Made by a program: the position numbers and the translations under genes. From an uncultured Rhodothermales bacterium (GTDB taxonomy: Bacteria > Bacteroidota > Rhodothermia > Rhodothermales > BA12): a stretch of 35,198 nt of DNA. The DNA lies in assembly GCA_965365405.1 (NCBI GenBank), contig CBDUBO010000001.1, positions 1-35,198 of the forward strand, written 5' to 3'. Within the stretch, counting starts at the first letter, position 1. Every line of letters starts with the position of its first letter. Below, piece by piece: positions 35,145 to 35,198 of this stretch. The notes below the pieces were generated by a model, which saw nothing but the letters and a program-made list of their open reading frames with translations, was not told where the DNA came from and ran no database searches.

Positions 35145-35198
35145 GCGGGAATAGCTCAGTTGGTAGAGCATCAGCTTCCCAAGCTGAGGGTCGCGGGT
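35145..35198 (+). tRNA. tRNA-Gly (anticodon CCC), truncated by the window end
   Basis: Cloverleaf read by eye: GCGGGAA / TA / GCTC-AGTTGGTA-GAGC / A / TCAGC-TTCCCAA-GCTGA / GGGTC / GCGGG... The anticodon CCC is at 35178-35180. The T-loop and 3' acceptor strand lie beyond the window. Confidence 0.9.

Noticed and set aside
1-35198. Search for CRISPR arrays, IS elements or transposases, integrases, prophage genes, and oriC-style DnaA-box clusters
   Set aside because: I saw no spaced direct-repeat array, no terminal inverted repeats flanking an ORF, and no recombinase-like ORF. Only isolated 7-8/9 DnaA-box matches occur, all inside coding regions. This was a by-eye scan, so short or degenerate elements could have been missed.

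Overview
High-GC bacterial chromosomal window (GC looks patchy, roughly 45-77% per 60-nt line by hand count). It is densely coding: 29 protein genes plus one tRNA truncated at the window edge. I recognised no CRISPR array, transposase, integrase or phage gene. Layout: (i) 1-5.3 kb is housekeeping: the uvrA 3' end, a GT-C (ArnT/PMT-like) glycosyltransferase, and proB-proA with a translationally coupled GNAT. (ii) 5.3-17.1 kb is a cell-envelope glycan/lipid locus. It holds two overlapping GT4 glycosyltransferases and a minus-strand operon (DUF3047-like protein, MMPL/RND exporter, ZIP-like membrane protein). A divergent plus-strand operon encodes a MOP/Wzx-like flippase, a TM-anchored SAM methyltransferase, a 159-aa TM protein and an HTTM (vitamin-K carboxylase/SdpB-like) membrane protein, and it converges on a GT2. 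(iii) 17.1-27.3 kb holds a MaoC hot-dog protein, an M48 lipoprotein peptidase, recF, a membrane-anchored TPR-CHAT caspase-like protease overlapping murQ, and mfd. (iv) 27.4-35.2 kb is a minus-strand origin-type cluster (rpmH-rnpA-yidC-mnmE-mnmG-rsmG) that ends in an HTH-WYL-WCX regulator, with a divergent tRNA-Gly(CCC). Exact TAnnTTTG boxes upstream of three transcription units suggest a Bacteroidota/Rhodothermota-like lineage (inference only). The best candidates for something undescribed are, in order: the methyltransferase / small TM protein / HTTM module (14.0-16.3 kb), the TPR-CHAT protease coupled to murQ, and the orphan WYL regulator beside mfd. None can be shown to be a novel system from sequence alone. 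All family calls are by-eye motif recognition, not database searches.
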